Positions 62,062 to 64,000 of a DNA stretch of 64,000 bases are shown piece by piece. A program made the position numbers and the translations under genes. The stretch's first letter is position 1, and each line of letters opens with the position of its first letter. The notes below the pieces were generated by a model that worked only from the letters and a program-made list of their open reading frames with translations, made no database searches and had not been told where the DNA came from. This DNA is from TPA_inf: Saccharomyces (lineage: Eukaryota), in NCBI GenBank assembly GCA_000146045.2, contig BK006949.2:224001-288000 (forward strand), in the 5' to 3' direction.

Positions 62062-63513
62062 TAAATTTTTGGCACTCTAAATCAGTATATAGAAGTAATG
62101 GCCAATTGAATATTGAACGCCGCTTGGCTCGCCTTTCTTGTATTGTGGATGGGTAAAAAAAATAGCGATTATTGTTAGGTTTAATTAGCAATCAAAAAAT
62201 TCTCGCAAACACGTCACAAGAAACAAATTAATGCAAAATGTGGCACAGTCAAAAAACTGCGAAAATGTGTTAAAGATGAAAAGAACCGTGATCAGCAACA
62301 GCAGTGTACCAGATTTTGTGATCTGATTTATTATAGATTTACTCGATGACCTGAACTTGAATTATATTTAAATCGATGAAGGGGTTGAAACAGGTGTTGA
62401 TCTGGGTTTCAGAATTTTTCTCTTGTTTACCTTTTTTGCTGTTCTACACTCATTCTTTCGATTGTTTTCAATTGCTTTTTTAGGAAGTGCGGCTTTGTTT
62501 ACATAAAAGGTGTGCGGCATTTTAATGCAATATGAAATTTAAAAGTATATGTAACGATAGCACTATTATTTAGGGTTCCTGAAATGATATACTTTATGGA
62601 TAGACATTATCTGTTCATTGAGTATACAGTAGGGGCTAAACCTTCTTTTAAGGGAGTAAAAAAGATGGATATGCATTACGTCGGCCACATGACATTAATT
62701 GTGCAGGTTCAGCTGATGTATAGGCTGAAGAGGCTACGCTTGCTAATTTATAATGCCATTTACTAACCTAAGGAGAATAGAATCTCCCATAGAGTGAGTA
62801 TGTTGTGATTAAAGAGATATGGTTTCATCTTTACTCGAGTCCATTTTCTTTATTTTTTTAATGGTAAGAGGATGAGTATAGCAAAAACGGTCAAGAGACA
62901 GCAGTAAGTGTCGTCGTAACTAGAACAAATAGGCCTTATAACAGAAATCATAAGGGTTGTCCCGTGGTCGGAGCCCTTGTCGGAACTAAAGAAAATCAGG
63001 CAATATAGAGGATATTTTCTACGTACAAAACGCTTATTGTATTTATAGCTCCAGTTACTGAAGTGGTAACTTAAGTAAGCAATAAGTATGTTAAAACCCT
63101 TTTATTTTTCTGAGTCGAGCAGATTTTTGTTCGACCGTTGTATATAGGATAATATGACGCCATATGATTTTTTCCTCTTTGGTAGGGAGGGAAGAAATTT
63201 TCCCCGCGCGGCTGAGTACAAAAGCGCCTAGTACTCACTTGAGTCATAATTTAGCACATCATAGCGTGCCTGCCAGAAAGACTTGGATGCGCATTTCTAT
63301 TTGATGTAAGTAAGGAAATAGGAGAACTTTCATAGCCCATGGCTAGTTCGGTTTTCAGTAAACTATATACGTATATGTTAAGAATATTTCGGAGTGTCTA
63401 GATAATAAAAGAACATCGTTAAACTTATGAATGGTGAAGGAGGAGAAGTCTCGTTAAAGAATTCCTGTTGTAGAAAAAGTCAGTTCTGGTTACGAGAGGA
63501 AAATGTTGGAAGT

Positions 63514-64000
63514 TTATATCCCATCCTTTTCCTTTTCCCAGCATTTCTTTACAAACCGTTCCATGTTGACTTTTTTTTTCATTTGCCCTACAATCCAGGG
63601 ATGCTTTAACATTTGCCTGGGAGAAGGCCTCTCTCTGGCATCTTTTTTTAAACAATAGTCGATAAAAGATCTAAATGTCTTGCTCCAGGATATGTCTAGT
63701 TCTGGCTCATCTTTCAACTGGGGAGAAAACGTCAGGATCATCGTCAATAATTCTATAGGAGCCACGTTTTGCGTTATTTTGTCAGATTCAAATGGAAATC
63801 TCCCTCCAGCAACCTCCAGAAGAGTTAATCCTAAGGACCATACATCACAGGTTACGCTGTATGGTTGGCCTTGTATTCGTTCTGGGGCCATATAAAATGA
63901 CGTTCCAGTAAATGTCATCGCTAAAGAGTTAACAGCCTCCCCACTGACACCGAAATCGCATAATTTGATTTCCCCTTTTTCATTAAGAAGAATGTTTTGG
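63514..64000 (-). CDS. MKK2: MAP kinase kinase of the cell-wall-integrity pathway. Only the C-terminal ~160 codons are here; the gene runs past the window end.
   Basis: The reading frame is open up to base 64000. It encodes …[55 protein letters not shown]…, which are kinase subdomains VII-XI. The position after FRK1 fits MKK2 (YPL140C). The track ORF 63514..63918 starts at an internal Met only because upstream sequence is missing. Confidence 0.8.
   Translation of the reverse strand, partial: QNILLNEKGEIKLCDFGVSGEAVNSLAMTFTGTSFYMAPERIQGQPYSVTCDVWSLGLTLLEVAGGRFPFESDKITQNVAPIELLTMILTFSPQLKDEPELDISWSKTFRSFIDYCLKKDARERPSPRQMLKHPWIVGQMKKKVNMERFVKKCWEKEKDGI

Overview
This window is ordinary, gene-dense eukaryotic chromosomal DNA. 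From protein identities and gene order I recognise it as Saccharomyces cerevisiae chromosome XVI, left arm, the YPL172C (COX10) to YPL140C (MKK2) interval. If my recollection of the SNR17B and RPL33A reference coordinates is right, it is roughly chrXVI:224,001-288,000, but that is from memory. I can support 31 protein-coding genes, one of which (MKK2) is cut by the window edge. RPL33A has a 525-nt spliceosomal intron. There is one non-coding RNA gene, the intron-containing U3 snoRNA copy SNR17B. I found no tRNA genes, no Ty elements or solo LTRs, and no CRISPR array. Gene lengths match what I remember for the S288C reference, and I see no frameshifts or disruptions. Several longest ORFs (REV3, RAD53, TGS1, ATG29, YPL150W, PRP46, PPT2, POC4, KIP2) extend upstream of the N-terminus I recall as canonical; I trimmed those calls and note it in each entry. 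I do not see a novel or undescribed system here, and I think claiming one would be unjustified. The things worth a second look are ordinary yeast biology. There are two introns, one in SNR17B and one in RPL33A, with a Rap1-type site and a TATA box between these divergently transcribed neighbours. Two MluI cell-cycle boxes lie upstream of RAD53. Two exact Yap1 sites and a 13-bp tandem duplication lie in the OYE3 promoter. Upstream in-frame and out-of-frame ATGs overlap the REV3 start. Triplet and dinucleotide repeats occur in AIM44, NOP53, SVS1 and two intergenic (TA)n tracts. Several convergent gene pairs are very tightly packed or overlapping.
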